64,000 bases of DNA from the NCBI RefSeq assembly GCF_039654945.1, contig NW_027361700.1, positions 27,280,001 to 27,344,000 on the forward strand. The letters run 5' to 3'. A program made the position numbers and the translations under genes. Under the pieces are notes generated by a model. That model did not search any database. It saw only the letters and a program-made list of their open reading frames with translations, and had not been told where the DNA came from. This DNA comes from Dendrobates tinctorius. Taxonomy: Eukaryota. Of the stretch, positions 38,060 through 50,427 are shown one piece after another; the stretch's first letter is position 1; the number at the start of each line of letters is the position of its first letter.

Positions 38060-41000
38060 CTATAAGTGTAAAGAACAAAGAAAAGGTGTTAGAAATCCTA
38101 CTAGTACTACTAATAATAATATCACTATCACTAATAATACAATCAATGCACAACTAATGGTACCATCACTACACCTACTACCACCACTATTACTACCACC
38201 CCTACATCTAGTGTATGACAACTACAACTACTGTGACTAAATCTACATCTAAATGGATACCGCTAAAAGAACCATCCCTACAAGTGCTACTAATGCAACA
38301 ATTACCAGTGTTACCACTACATCTACTACCATGCTAGCACTAAAACTACTATCAATAGTATTAGTACCACCATTACAACTACTACGGCTGCTACAATCAT
38401 CACTATATCTTGTGTACTACCATGAGTCCTACTACCAATGGCAGGACTAGTAACATAGCATGTACGTAACAAGATCTATGACTTTACAATTAAGATTTGA
38501 GACTTCAGTGATCACAACCAGTAAAACAGGATGCAGAATTTTTCAACTCCACTGTCATATCGATAGTACATATCTCAAATACATTGGGCATTGTATAGTT
38601 ACTGAAACTGTTGTTATGATGTTCAGTTTGAAAATACTATAACATTATGAAAGGTACCCAGTAGTACTATGCTATCACGTGTTACATGGTAAGACATCAA
38701 TACAAGCTAATGAGACTATCCATTACTAGACAACCGCAGCCTAATCAATTCAGGACTCTAGCTAAAATAAAAACAATCTATGCTCACCTCCCACAGTGGC
38801 AAGTGAAATAACAGTGTTGTGTGACATGAAAACTGCAGCCAAAGAGTAATATAGAAGAAAACAAAAAAAAAGCTATTCAGCTCCCCATTAGATGAATTCC
38901 TGTGGCTTTGAGTGTGGACTCCAGTAAGGTGCTCGGAAAAAGTGGCTGTGGTAATCAAACAAAAAAGTTCCAGCAACAAACATCCAAATCAGATTGTTGA
39001 ATAGACGTTAAAACTTTATCTTTATTGCAATGCCTTTAAAAACATACTGTTAAAATTGTAAATCCAGGGGATTACGCGTTTCGAACAAAAATGTTGGCTA
39101 TGACTAAGAACATTTTTGTTCGAAACGCATAATCCCCTGGATTTACAAATTTAACAGTATGTTTTTAAAGGCATTGCAATAAAGATTAAGTTTTAATGTC
39201 TATTCAACAATCTGATTTGGATGTTTGTTGCTGGAACTTTTTTGTTTGCAGCCAAAGAGTGTATGCTCATGAAATGAGGCCTTGACTATTTCGTCAAAAT
39301 GGATGTCCGCCCTTGTGGAACATTAATGAACTGCAGCCAAACAGGGTCCACTCATTAGCTGCAGCTTGCATGTAGCACAACAATACGGTGTCACTCTTCT
39401 GAAATGGCATCACTGTGGAAGGTGAGTTAAGGGTTGTCCAGTAATAGACATCACCTTTAAGAGCATTATAATTGCCATAATTACCATCTGAGCTTTGACT
39501 TCCAGATCCAGCAGTGGCTGATGAACTTTGACCACCAGATCTTGCACCTGCAGTGCTAGAAGAGGCTGATGCACTAGAGCTTTGGCCAGCAGAACCTGCA
39601 CTTCCAGAGCCTGAGGAGCTAACTTGACCTCTAGATGCAGAAGATGATGTTGTGCTAGAGGTCTGACTAGAAGTACGTGAGCCACCAGAACCTCTACTTG
39701 AAGTATCTGAAGCACTAGAGCCTCCACTTCCAGAAACTGCACTTCCTGGTCTTGTAGTTTGGGAAGTTGAAGTTGCAGACCTGGAGCTTTGAGTTGCAGA
39801 AGCTCTGGAAGACTGAGCTGATGTGCCTCCAGCTCCGGAACCTTGAGTAGTAGTTGTAGTTCCGCTTCCTTGTGTTGTACCTTGTCCAGTCTCCGCATCT
39901 CTGTTTGAAAAACAAAATATAAAGAAAATGGACAACTACCAATGCATTATGTTAGAAAAGTGGTGCAGTCATTTTCTTATTTACCCTTCTTCCAAAAGCT
40001 TTTGATAGGTTGCAATTTCCTGTTCAAGATGAACTTTAATATCCAAGAGTTCTTCATATTCAGACTTTTGGCATTGTGTTTCATTCTTTATTTGTTCGAG
40101 CTGCTCCTCCACACTGCTGATTGCCATCTGGATTTGGGCTATTTGTGAGCAGTAGCTTCCTTCTTTTTCTGCCAGTGAACTCTCCAAAGATTGTTTCTAG
40201 TTTAAAATATGAGAAAGTTTATTAACTTCTTCACACATTCCAATTTCACAATTTATCTAGTTAGGCTCATTTATGTGTTCATAGGGGCAGGGTTGTGTGG
40301 AGGAAGTCAGTATGTTGGCACATGTGCAGAGGGGTAACGCAATTCTGAGAGCCAATGCAAATTTTGCAAGAGGGTCTCCCACCCACCATAGGGCATTTGT
40401 AATGCTGTTTTTTTATTTGACAAGAGGACCTTGTATGTATGCCCTCATAAACTTCTATCAGAGATATTACAGTTATGTTCAACTCAGCAATTACAGTGTA
40501 TAAAGCCATAATAATGATTAAATATAACCTCCTCCTCCGTATATCTCTGAAATAATCTCATGATATCTTCCGACACGCAACCTCCAGTCCTTCCAAGACC
40601 TCCTTCTCTCCTCCACACTCATGCATTCAACCAGTCGCCTCCAAGACATCTCCCAAGTATCCCCCATCCTCTGGAATTTCGTGCCATAACACATCTGATT
40701 ATCTGCCACACTAGAACCTTTCAGATGGAAACTGAATATCCATCTCTTCAAGAAAGCTTGCAGCTTTCAATGACCCCCCTGCCATTTCACCACCACGGAA
40801 GCTGCTGCAGCCTCCAACCTACTAGCTCCTTCCCCATATTCCTGTAGAATGTAAGCCCGAAAGGGCAGGGTCCTCTCCCCTCTAGATCAGTCTGTGATTG
40901 TTAGTTTGTTCACTGTAATCTATATCTGTATTTTGTATGTAAACCCTCCTCATGTACAGCACCATGGGATCAATGGTGCTCTAAAAATAAATAATAATAA

Positions 41001-44000
41001 TATAAACATTTATTGGGACTTCCCTACTTACAAGAATTTGGTTCCTTAGCCTGGGACCATCATCGATCAACAGATTAACTTGCAGAAATGCAAGAAAACT
41101 GGCAAATCATTGGATAGGGGTCCTGAACAGTACAGAGTCTCTCACCCATTGACTTGAGTTGTACAACAGTTCATGGTCACTACTTAATGTATGGCGCTGT
41201 GTGACTTGTGGTGTACAGCAGCCACCTTCAATCCCTCGATTGGCGTGCGTGGGAAGAGATAGACAATAGGTTACTATTATTAAAGTCCTGGAAAGATCCT
41301 ATATCCCTCAGTTTTAAATAATTGTGAATCTGATGTTTGGTTACCACAATAAGTCTAAACTTTCTAAATGCAAAGGAGACGCTTACAAGAACCTGAGAGT
41401 TAGTTTATCCAGTAATACATTACGAATGTTGGGAATTTACCATGGCAGATTGACTTTGCAGCTCCATTTGCAGAGTTTGAAGAGTCTGCCTCAGTTGAGT
41501 AATCTCAGTCTTGTTTGTCTGCTCTTGTTGGACTCCTACAGTGATCTCCTTCTGTATTTGACCACTCTGGAAAGATAATGAGAACAGAACTTAAAATACC
41601 AAGTTATGACAAGTTTCATATCAGTAGGGACACAGTCTAGACATTTACCTTTTGGTTAAACCAGGCCTCAGCATCCTTTCGGTTCTTCTCTGCCAGCGCT
41701 TCGTATTCGGTCCTCATGTCGTTGAGGATCTTTGTCAGATCTTTTCCTGGTGCTGCATCCATCTCAACATTGACTTGTCCAACAGTGGTTCCCTGGTTTG
41801 ACTGTGCATCCTAACCGTAGAAGGAGAAACTTAGCTTCTTCTGACCAATAAAATAGGCAGAAAATCAATTTAGTGTTTCTACAAAAATATATTATGCAAT
41901 AGTAGACCTTGTTCAGCTGGGTTTTTTTAACTCACTTTTTTTTCTATAAATCTCGTTCTACTTTTGCATGATTTTTATTAAAGGGAATCTCTCAGCAGTT
42001 TTTTTTCTATCCCATTTGAAAGCAGCATGATGTAGGCGCACAGATCTTGATTCCAGTAATGTGTCACTTAGTGGGCTGTTTGCTGTCATTTCGATAAAAT
42101 TATTGATTTATCTACGACAGAGCTAGCAGTTCTCTGAATACTAAGCTCTATAATAACCCCACCCATACCACTGCTCATGTAGTAGAGTGCACACAGAAAG
42201 CTGCCAGTCAATAGAGGGGTCAGGGTTATACAGAGCTCATGAATATGCTTGACTACTTGGTAGCTGATTTACTAGTCCTCTAATGATAATCTCATGTTGA
42301 TAAAACAGTGATTTTAACAAAACTACAGCAAGCAGCCCAGTAAGTGACACATTGCTGGAATCAGGATCTGTGCCACTACATTATGCTGCTCTTGGATAAC
42401 ATAGCAAAAACCTGCTGACAGATTCCCTCTTATTATATTTTTGAACCGTCATTCAACTTTGATCAAGCTAGACAACATGAAAACTACCAAGATCTAATAG
42501 TGAATATTAGATCACACATAATAACATGAAGTTACTGGACCCCAATACAATCTGTACTATGGCGACCTAACTGTCAATAACAAGTACATGCCCACAGATA
42601 TGTCATTATGGTGTGACGGTAATAAGTTAGCACTCACAGGCATTAGTTTTAATATATTGGCATTCATTTACAAACTTGATGAGATCCTGTAAATTTACTT
42701 CTAAAAACATTTTGTATACCTCCTCATGGTTCTTCTTAAGATAGGTCAGCTCCTCTGTCAAGCTTTCAATTTGCATCTCTAAGTCAGATTTACTCATGGT
42801 CAGATCATCCAAAACTTTTCGGAGGCCATTAGTATCTGCCTCAACACTCTGGCGTAGGTGAAGTTCACTTTCATACCTGGTGGTGAAGAATATCTTAATA
42901 CAGGGAAGCATGGTGGCTCAGTGGTTAGCGCTGCAGCCTTGCAGTGCTGGAGTCCTGAGTTCAAATCCCACCAAGGACAACATCTGCAAGGAGTTTAAAT
43001 GTTCTCCCTGTGTTTGTGTGGTTTCCTCCTTGAACTCATGTTTCATCCCACACTCCAAAGACATACTGATAGGGAATCTAGATTTTTATCCCCGATGGTG
43101 ACCATGTAAACAGCGGCGAACAAGGAGCAAAAGATGATATAGAGATAAAATCAGTCAATTTTATTAATCAATATACAAAATACATCACACAGTAACCAAA
43201 AAGTGCCAATCAAATGCAGAGACCATTCACCCAAAAAGGCCATCCCCTCCCACAGAATGGAAAAAATCCAGGAAAAATCCCTTGTATAGCAATGTGTCTC
43301 GAGTCTTAAGTCCCATAAATGATAATTATGTCAAGTGACTTAATAGGGAATATCTAAGACACAATATGGAGAACTAAGAGAATATCAGTATGTCACCATG
43401 CACATTGCACCAAGGGCCCAAAGGCTAGTAGAAAAAATACTCCATAATAAATTAATAACCATGGGAGCTTACCAATGGATAAGGGGGGAGGAGAACGGCC
43501 AGGCAGTCTACCCCTGATGCGCGTTTCGCAGCAGCACGGGGCCGCTTTATCAAGAGGATGTAGCGCAGGGTTCCACCAGGACCTTCAAATAGCCCGGCGC
43601 CCCGGTCACGTGCTGATAGTGCCAATTCCTGGATTTTTTCCATTCTGTGGGAGGGGATGGCCTTTTTGGGTGAATGGTCTCCGCATTTGATTGGCACTTT
43701 ATCTTTACTGTGTGATATATTTTGTATATCTAATATATAAAGCTCAAGTGTGTGTATGTATGTATGTATGTATGTATGTATGTATGTGTGTGTGTGTGTG
43801 TGTGTGTGTATGTCCGGGATTGGCATCCACACCGTCGCAGCTACAGCCACAAAATTTGGCACAGTCACACGTCTGGACCCCGAGAGTGTCCTAGGCTATG
43901 TTGTGAGGCGAAATTTTAACCCCACGCGTTCCAATTCACCAAACAATTTTGCCCCTATCTACATAATGGGGGAAAAGTGTGTGTATCAAGCCCCGCCCCT

Positions 44001-47000
44001 CATTATGATGTCATAATGCCCCTATCTACATAATGGGGAAAAAGTGTGTGTGTGTGTCAAGCCCCACCCATCATTATGATGTCATAATGGTTGCCATGGC
44101 GACGCTGATGTCATCATAGGTTGCAAGCCCCACCGCTCATTATGATGTCATAATGGTTGACTATGGGATGGAGGATGTGTGATGGGTATATGGGCATGTG
44201 ACTATGGGATGGAGGTTATGTATGACGGGTATATGGGCACGGGACTATGGGATGGAGGATGTGTGATGGGTATATGGGCACTGGACTATGGGATGGAGGA
44301 TATGTATGACGGGTATATGGGCACCGGACTATGGGATGGCAGATATGTATGATGGGTATATGGGCACGGGACTATGTGATGGAGGATATGTATGATGGGT
44401 ATATGGGCGTGGGACTATGAGATGAAGGATGTGTGATGGGTATGTGGGCACTCGACTATGGGATGGCGAATATGTATGATGGGTATATGGGCATGAGACT
44501 ATGGGATGGAGGATGTGTGATGGGTATATGGGCATGGGACTATGGGATGGAGGATGTGTGATGAGTATATGGGCACTGGACTATGGGATGGAGGATATGT
44601 ATGATGGGTATATGGGCACGGGACAATGGGATGGCGGATATGTATGATGGGTATATGGGCGTGGGACTATGAGATGAAGGATGTGTGATGGGTATATGGG
44701 CACTCGACTATGGGATGGCGAATATGTATGATGGGTATATGGGCATGAGACTATGGGATGGAGGATGTGTGATGGGTATATGGGCACTCGACTATGGGAT
44801 GGAGGATATGTATGATGGGTATATGGGCACGGGCCTATGGGATCGTGGATATGTATGATGGGTATATGGGCACGGGACTATGGGATGGAGGATAATTATA
44901 ATTTGCTATAACTAACCACAGTTAGTTACTATGCCGGGCAGCGCCGGGCTCTTCAGCTAGTTGATTAATAAAATTGATTTTATCTTTAGATCATCTTTTG
45001 CTCCTTGTTCTTCGCTGTTTACTTTGTCTTTGGAGTAGATGCAGTTAGTCTGGGGGGTGTTTAGTATTATCTACCACCTCTTTGACAATTCAATATGTTT
45101 TTGGGATTTCTGTTGCTACCAATGGGGACAATGATAACTTTTGTTCTGTAGTGGGAATGGACAAAGATAATTAATAACCCCTAGGTTTTAAGTTTCAGGG
45201 TGTACTGGATCAATAATTATACCACAATAAATATTCTGGATAAATAAATTTCAGTCCTTGAAAACTTATTGCTCAAATTAATCAAAGAGTTGTTGGCCCT
45301 TCACACCATGGACCATCAGGGATCGCTTTGCCCAATCTGTTCCTGGCTGAATAGACAGAGTTTAAAAAAAAGATCTAAATGTCTAATCATAAATATATAA
45401 AACTAGATGGAGGCCCAATGCGATGCAGTAATGTCACGATGGGGGCAGGCTTTGCAGCCTTGAGACTCTCTCCCCCCATGTGCTCACCCGCCTATCCACT
45501 CTCTCTTTCCCCATGTGCTGATTTAAGTTCATTTTAAAAATTGTCTGTGTCTGACAGTGTACAGAACATACCACAGTATTGTCTTTTGCTTCCTCCCCTG
45601 CCCAGGAGATGTGGTATGCTCCGTACGGTCAGACACAGACAATTTTTAAAATGAACTTTCGTTCGTGGGAAAACCCCTTTAATGTGACCGGCTTCCTCTG
45701 CCTGTAGACACGTCGCGCATCTGCTGCCGGGATCAGCCGAATGATTCACTGCGCCTGCGCGTAATTCGCACAATCGCAGTAAATCAGACCACCGCCATCT
45801 TTGTGCAGACAGATAGCGGTGGCCACAGTAAAACTGCTCATGAGCTCCACCTGTACAAAGATGGCGGCGGTCAGTGAATCATTCGGCTAATCCCGGCGGC
45901 AGCGTGTTCACAATGGTGTTCTGTTGGTACCGCGCAAGAGGCTGCGTACGGCGTATACAGTGTGTGTGTCTGTGTGTTGTGTGCATACAGCATATACAGA
46001 GTGTGTGTGATGCATACGGCATATACAGTGTGTGTGTGTGTGTGGTACGTACGGCATATACAGTGTGTGTGGTGCATACGGCGTATACAGTGTGTGTGTG
46101 GTGTGTACGGCGTATACAGTGTGTGTGTTGCGATGGTGTTCCGCTGGTGGTACCACGCAAGAGGCGAGTACCACCAGCAGTTTTCATATTGAGACACCCA
46201 TCACTTGGGTGTCCCAATATGGCGGTCGGTGAACTTCTGCCGCTTGGAATTTTGGGATCTGGAGACATTACAATAAATATAATGTATATCATAGCATAAT
46301 ATTATTATTCATAACTCAGGTCTAGAGGGAAATATTAAAATGGGAATAGTAAGCTAATAGACATACAAGCTTAGAAATATTGGGTAGCTTTATGGAACCT
46401 TTCAAGAATTAGGTAAGAGTTAGAAAGACCTTTAATCGAAAACATATTTCTTTACTTACTTCATCCTGAAGTCATCTGCTGCAAGTCGGGCGTTGTCAAT
46501 TGACAACATGATGCTGGCATTTTCCGTAGCTGCATTTTGTATCTGCATGTCAACAAAAAAATAATTTTGTTTTAAGCTGTGTGCACACATTGCAGACCTG
46601 TGCCTTTTTGCCATGCAGATTTTATAGATAAACCTGAAGCAATCTGGATGCCAGCAAAGTGAATGAGAAACCTGAAGTGTCATGCCCACATTGCTTATTT
46701 TTTGACTTGCAGATTTGGTGCAGAAAATAATCTGTGGCATGTCAATTCTCTCTTTTTGCCCGCCATTTTTCATAATTGACTTCACTCAAATCAGTCAAAA
46801 ATGCAGGGTAAAAAGCACAGATTACTAGTGGTCCCTGGAAATAGGGGCTCATTCTAGGTAGGTAGGATGGTGAGAACCAGAACAAGTATGTGGTCTCCAC
46901 AGGTGGAGCAATATTAGCAAACAAGGAAGGTGACAATTTACTCAAGGTATGAAATAGAATTGGCACCACAAAGGTCAGATATTTAACTATGCCATGGAGG

Positions 47001-47769
47001 CCTCATGTTTTATATATGCCACAGATCAAGATGTAATGTGAAAAAACAAATAACCTTCACATTTTTTAAAAAGCTTAAATGAAAAAAAATCTGAAATACT
47101 AGCACTGATTTGACTTCATGCCGAGTTATTTTATAGTACAGATTATTTTTTTCTCACCTGAGTTTTCAGATCTTCAATTGTTTGAAAATATTGGCTGTAG
47201 TCTTTGGATCCTGTACTAGTGGATCCTTGCTGATTCTTATCATACCAGTCCTTGATTTTTGCCTCAAGGTCTGTATTTGCCTCTTCCAAAGCATGAACTT
47301 TGTCCAAATAAGAGGCCAGGCGGTCGTTTAGGTTTTGCATTGTTTGCTTTTCATTTCCAGAGAGTAAGCCATCATTTCCACCAAACCCACCACCGGTGAC
47401 ACCTCCCCCAAAGCTTCCACCAGCAGAGCCTCCTCCAAAGCCACCAGATCCAAAACCTGCCCCAGAGCCACCAGAGCCAAAACCTCCACCAAAACCACCA
47501 GATCCAAAGCCTCCTCCAGAGCCAACACCGAAACCACTTCCTGAGCCGCCACCAAAACTACCTCCTGAGACGGCACCACCAAATTGTCCTCCTGGTCCTC
47601 CATTATATCCATCGGTAAAACATGCAGCTCCCTGGCCACTACCAAAGCCTAAACCACCACCGCGTTGCTGTCTATAAGATGAACTGCTGACACTGACATT
47701 ATAACTAGAAGCAGAAGTAGAACCGTAACCCCTGCTAACCCCTCCACTACTTCTATATTGATTTGCCAT
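37965..47769 (-). CDS. Type I keratin gene B, 8 exons, 620 aa, with an extended Ser/Gly/Thr/Ala tail
   Basis: join(complement) 47158-47769, 46460-46542, 42720-42876, 41649-41810, 41441-41566, 39985-40196, 39485-39900, 37965-38059 = 1863 nt, in frame, GT-AG introns; LNDRLASYL and [22 protein letters not shown] motifs. Confidence 0.95.
38095..38450. repeat. Degenerate (ACT/ACC)n low-complexity tract in keratin B intron 7
   Basis: Trinucleotide-periodic composition. Confidence 0.7.
38848..39246 (+). mobile_element. Penelope-like non-autonomous insertion with inverted arms and hammerhead-like core
   Basis: 14-bp TSD TGCAGCCAAAGAGT (38834-38847, 39247-39260); palindrome 38956-39248; TGACTAA-stem-GAAACGC motif at about 39096-39135. 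Confidence 0.75.
39485..39900 (-). CDS. Keratin B exon 7 (expanded low-complexity tail)
   Basis: 416 nt, open, phase 2 in and phase 1 out like exon 7 of the paralogues; AG at 39901-39902, GTAAT donor. Confidence 0.87.
39985..40196 (-). CDS. Keratin B exon 6
   Basis: 212 nt, ends TYQKLLEEG, donor GTAAA. Confidence 0.94.
40530..41003 (+). mobile_element. Old L2 LINE 3' fragment
   Basis: Similar to 18053-18686 (RLQDIS..PILWN); ends AAATAAATAATAATAAT. Confidence 0.75.
41441..41566 (-). CDS. Keratin B exon 5
   Basis: 126 nt, [11 protein letters not shown]...LQSQSAM. Confidence 0.94.
41649..41810 (-). CDS. Keratin B exon 4
   Basis: 162 nt, [21 protein letters not shown]. Confidence 0.95.
41982..42428. 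mobile_element. T2/Kolobok-type MITE
   Basis: TTAA|AGGGAATCTCTCAGCAG ... CTGCTGACAGATTCCCT. Confidence 0.75.
42720..42876 (-). CDS. Keratin B exon 3
   Basis: 157 nt, [14 protein letters not shown]...YLKKNHEE. Confidence 0.95.
42903..43106 (+). mobile_element. V-SINE (tail continues at about 45119)
   Basis: A box TGGCTCAGTGG, B box GAGTTCAAATCC, V core; homologous to 35752-35993. Confidence 0.85.
43729..44960 (+). mobile_element. Non-autonomous Helitron with minisatellite
   Basis: A|TCTAATATATAAAGCT start; hairpin GCCGGGCAGCGCCGGGC then CTAG|T; removing it restores the host inverted arm exactly with no TSD. Confidence 0.92.
44158..44893. repeat. 41/43-bp G-rich minisatellite, about 17 copies
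   Basis: GACTATGGGATGGAGGATRTGT(AT)GATGGGTATATGGGCA units. Confidence 0.95.
45403..46285 (-). mobile_element. Possible further Helitron-derived composite with GT-rich minisatellite (45945-46130)
   Basis: A|CTAGATGG at 45403 resembles a Helitron 3' end on the minus strand; 5' TC end not clear. Confidence 0.35.
46460..46542 (-). CDS. Keratin B exon 2
   Basis: 83 nt, [27 protein letters not shown]. Confidence 0.95.
47158..47769 (-). CDS. Keratin B exon 1
   Basis: 612 nt from ATG (MANQYRSS) to donor GTGAG. Confidence 0.95.
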
Positions 47770-47851
47770 AGTACATAAAGCACAATGATACCTTCCACAG
47801 CCTACGAAAGTGATGGTACGAGAAGGAACATAATATTAGTGAGTGTTGTTA

Positions 47852-47876
47852 TTTTATACAGAAGCATTGTAGGTGT
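47852..47876 (-). promoter_or_regulatory. Keratin B core promoter: TATAAAA plus ACACCT
   Basis: ttttata 47852-47858; aggtgt 47871-47876. Confidence 0.72.
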
Positions 47877-48745
47877 GCCATATTGATATATTGCGTTGTG
47901 ACAGCAAACTATTAGTCCAAGCCCAATTTTAGCCTGTATTCGATAAAAGTACTATTTATCGTTAGGAAGGAGGACAGCAACAATGACAAAACCCTTTAAT
48001 TAAATTGTTTAGTAAGGTAAATACACTATGAAGCAACTTCTACATTTTCCCAGTGTGTTCTCTTTGGTGATGCTAGGTAATTTATAGGTTTAATAGTATC
48101 AGTCTATTGCAATCTGAGATAGTCTGGTATTGTGCAGAAAAAACAAGTATGACTCAAGTTACAACAACCACTCATATTTACCACAATAGTGGTCATCATT
48201 CTACACAAAAAATGGTATTCTATGGAAGAAACGTCCTTCTGAAAATTGTATAAAAATAATTTTGTATGCATAAAGTTTTTTTGATGAGTTTAGAATGATC
48301 CTAAATTTTGTCTTTGATTATAATGTCAGGACTAGTATGGTGACCTCAATAAAAGTGAGGCACTGGCCACAGAAAAAAAAAGTAAGAGAAGAAAAGGTCA
48401 CACAGCTGTGCAGCTCTCTCAGCTCTTAGCATAGACTAAGGGAATAACAGTAACAAAAAAGGATATCAAAGGGAATTCCAACAGATATTTTTTACCACAA
48501 ATCATGCCATATACCGTATATCTGACAGGTAGGACTCTCCTCTCTGGGACATCCACATTTTACGAGAACGGGTCTTATGACCTCAATTTAATCCAGGCTG
48601 TGACCATAAATAAGGGAGAGGGGAAATATGAATCAGGAAAACACTTAAAATATTGTGATGCTCCCAAAATTTCATTTGAGGATGAGATTTTTAGGATAAC
48701 CCATAAATGTTCAAAAGGCAAGGCTGTCATAGCTGGGATCGCCAT

Positions 48746-49054
48746 TAGTGGTGAGCGAGTATGCTCATTACTGGAGATTTGTGAGCATGTTCGGGTGTTC
48801 TCCGAGTATTTGGGCGTGCTCGGAGATATAGTTTGTGTCGCCCCAGCTGCATGATTTGTGGCTGCTAGACAGTCTGAATACATGTGGGGATTGCCTGTTT
48901 GTTAGGAAATCCCCACATGTATTCAAGCTGTCTCGCAGCCGCATATTATGCAGCTGCGGGAACTGAAACATAATCTCCGAGCATGCCCAAATACTCGGAG
49001 GACACCCGAGCATGCTCACAAATCTCAAGTAACGAGCATACTCGCTCATCACTA
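48746..49054. mobile_element. hAT MITE (palindromic)
   Basis: TAGTGGTGAGCGAG / CTCGCTCATCACTA termini; TSD ATCGCCAT/ATCTCCAT. Confidence 0.88.
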
Positions 49055-49778
49055 ATCTCCATCTTTCTGGAGAACAGGGGTCACATAATCTACCACAGAA
49101 GATGGTCAATAGTCACCACTGAGTGAAGCTGAAGCAGAGACGAGCCGGCCTTAATTGTCTAGAGCTCTTTCTGGTATAGTCTGTTGGAGTGACAAAAGCA
49201 ATAAATGTAACTTCCCAAGAATTACCCAAAAAGGGGTATGCCAACTGCAAAGATGTGGCACATACAAAGCAAGGTATATGCCTAATTGAATGCGCTAGAA
49301 AAAGCTGGAGGAACCGTCACAAAATGAAGGAGTATATTTCACAAAGTTCTTGTAAAGTGGATAAGCATATTTCCAGCAATGAGCCGATTTGTATTTTTGG
49401 CAACATGATGACTTATGGTTCAGATTTCAAGCTTACAATGTAGGTGGAGCAGTGCTTATAATTACTTTGCATTACATGTGGATAGTTACATGATTCCATT
49501 AGGTCTAAATTACATTAAATTATATGTCAGAATAGAATAATTAAAAGGTTTAGTAATATTTGTCATTACTTTGGCCTATTAGTAGAACTGTATGCTGCCA
49601 AATATGATTTTACTGCAGTGTAGATTACTACTCCTTCTGCAATTATTATTATCTGTATACATTTAATTTCACTACTTGATGAGAACATCTTCATCTGCGG
49701 CATCTCTTCAAGGGGGAACATTTGCCACTTATAGGACATCAATAAGACTAGAGAGTATTTCTGCTAAGCATAGACTAA

Positions 49779-50292
49779 GGCTAGGTTCACATTACTGTTT
49801 GAGTCCGCAGCGTACCATTCGCATCCGCAAACGAATGCAAACGCCAAAAAAAGCTGCGTGCGCATGCATTTGTATGCATTTTTGCATGCATTTGCGTTGT
49901 TTATGCCCATGCGTTCGATATGACATCAGACAAAAATGGTTGTCTCATGGGATTTTATTTACATTTTGAAGAACGCATGTGTATTGAACGCATGCGTGCG
50001 CATGTCCTTGTGTATGCATGCGTTCCCATAGACAGTAATGCATTTTTTACGCACTCATCCGCATGCGCATGACTGCGCATATTTGATGGATTTTTACCGC
50101 TTCCAAAAATGCAACATGTTGCGTTTGCTGGACCCTGCCGCACACCGAAAACGACGCAAGAGTACACAGACGCATGCGAACTGATGCAAACGCATGCCGC
50201 TGCGTACACCATGTTAAAAATACGTACACAAGACGCATGCGGATCTATGCGGATGAAACGCTGCGCACACAGATGCAAGTGTGAAACCAGCC
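49779..50292. mobile_element. PIF/Harbinger MITE
   Basis: TAA|GGCTAGGTTCACA ... TGTGAAACCAGCC|TAA; ACGCAT/ATGCG-rich interior. Confidence 0.85.
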
Positions 50293-50427
50293 TAAGGGAG
50301 CATTTACACTGGACAATTACGGCTGTTCAATGGCCACTCATTGGCTACACATAAGCTGCTAAGCGGTCGTTTGATACCCTGTTTATACAGGCCAACCTCA
50401 CTTCCATGCACAAAGTATAATCATTAA

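Larger units (their letters stand above)
43107..45118 (-). mobile_element. Penelope-like insertion with inverted arms and degenerate hammerhead, interrupted by a Helitron
   Basis: Arm 43106-43274 inverts 43627-43728 plus 44961-45022; imperfect 15-bp TSD (43092-43106 / 45119-45133); hammerhead-like motif 43511-43557 on the minus strand. Confidence 0.7.

Noticed and set aside
42903-42975. tRNA gene
   Set aside because: It is the tRNA-derived head of a V-SINE, continuing directly into the V core; the same applies to 35925-35993.
44329-46299. His/Pro/Thr- and Cys/Val-rich ORFs
   Set aside because: Translations of minisatellites.
37965-47769. Naming keratin B as ouro/thread keratin or KRT9/10, or giving exact symbols to A and C
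   Set aside because: The rod and exon 8 look like ordinary KRT12-group amphibian keratins; orthology needs a phylogeny that I cannot run.
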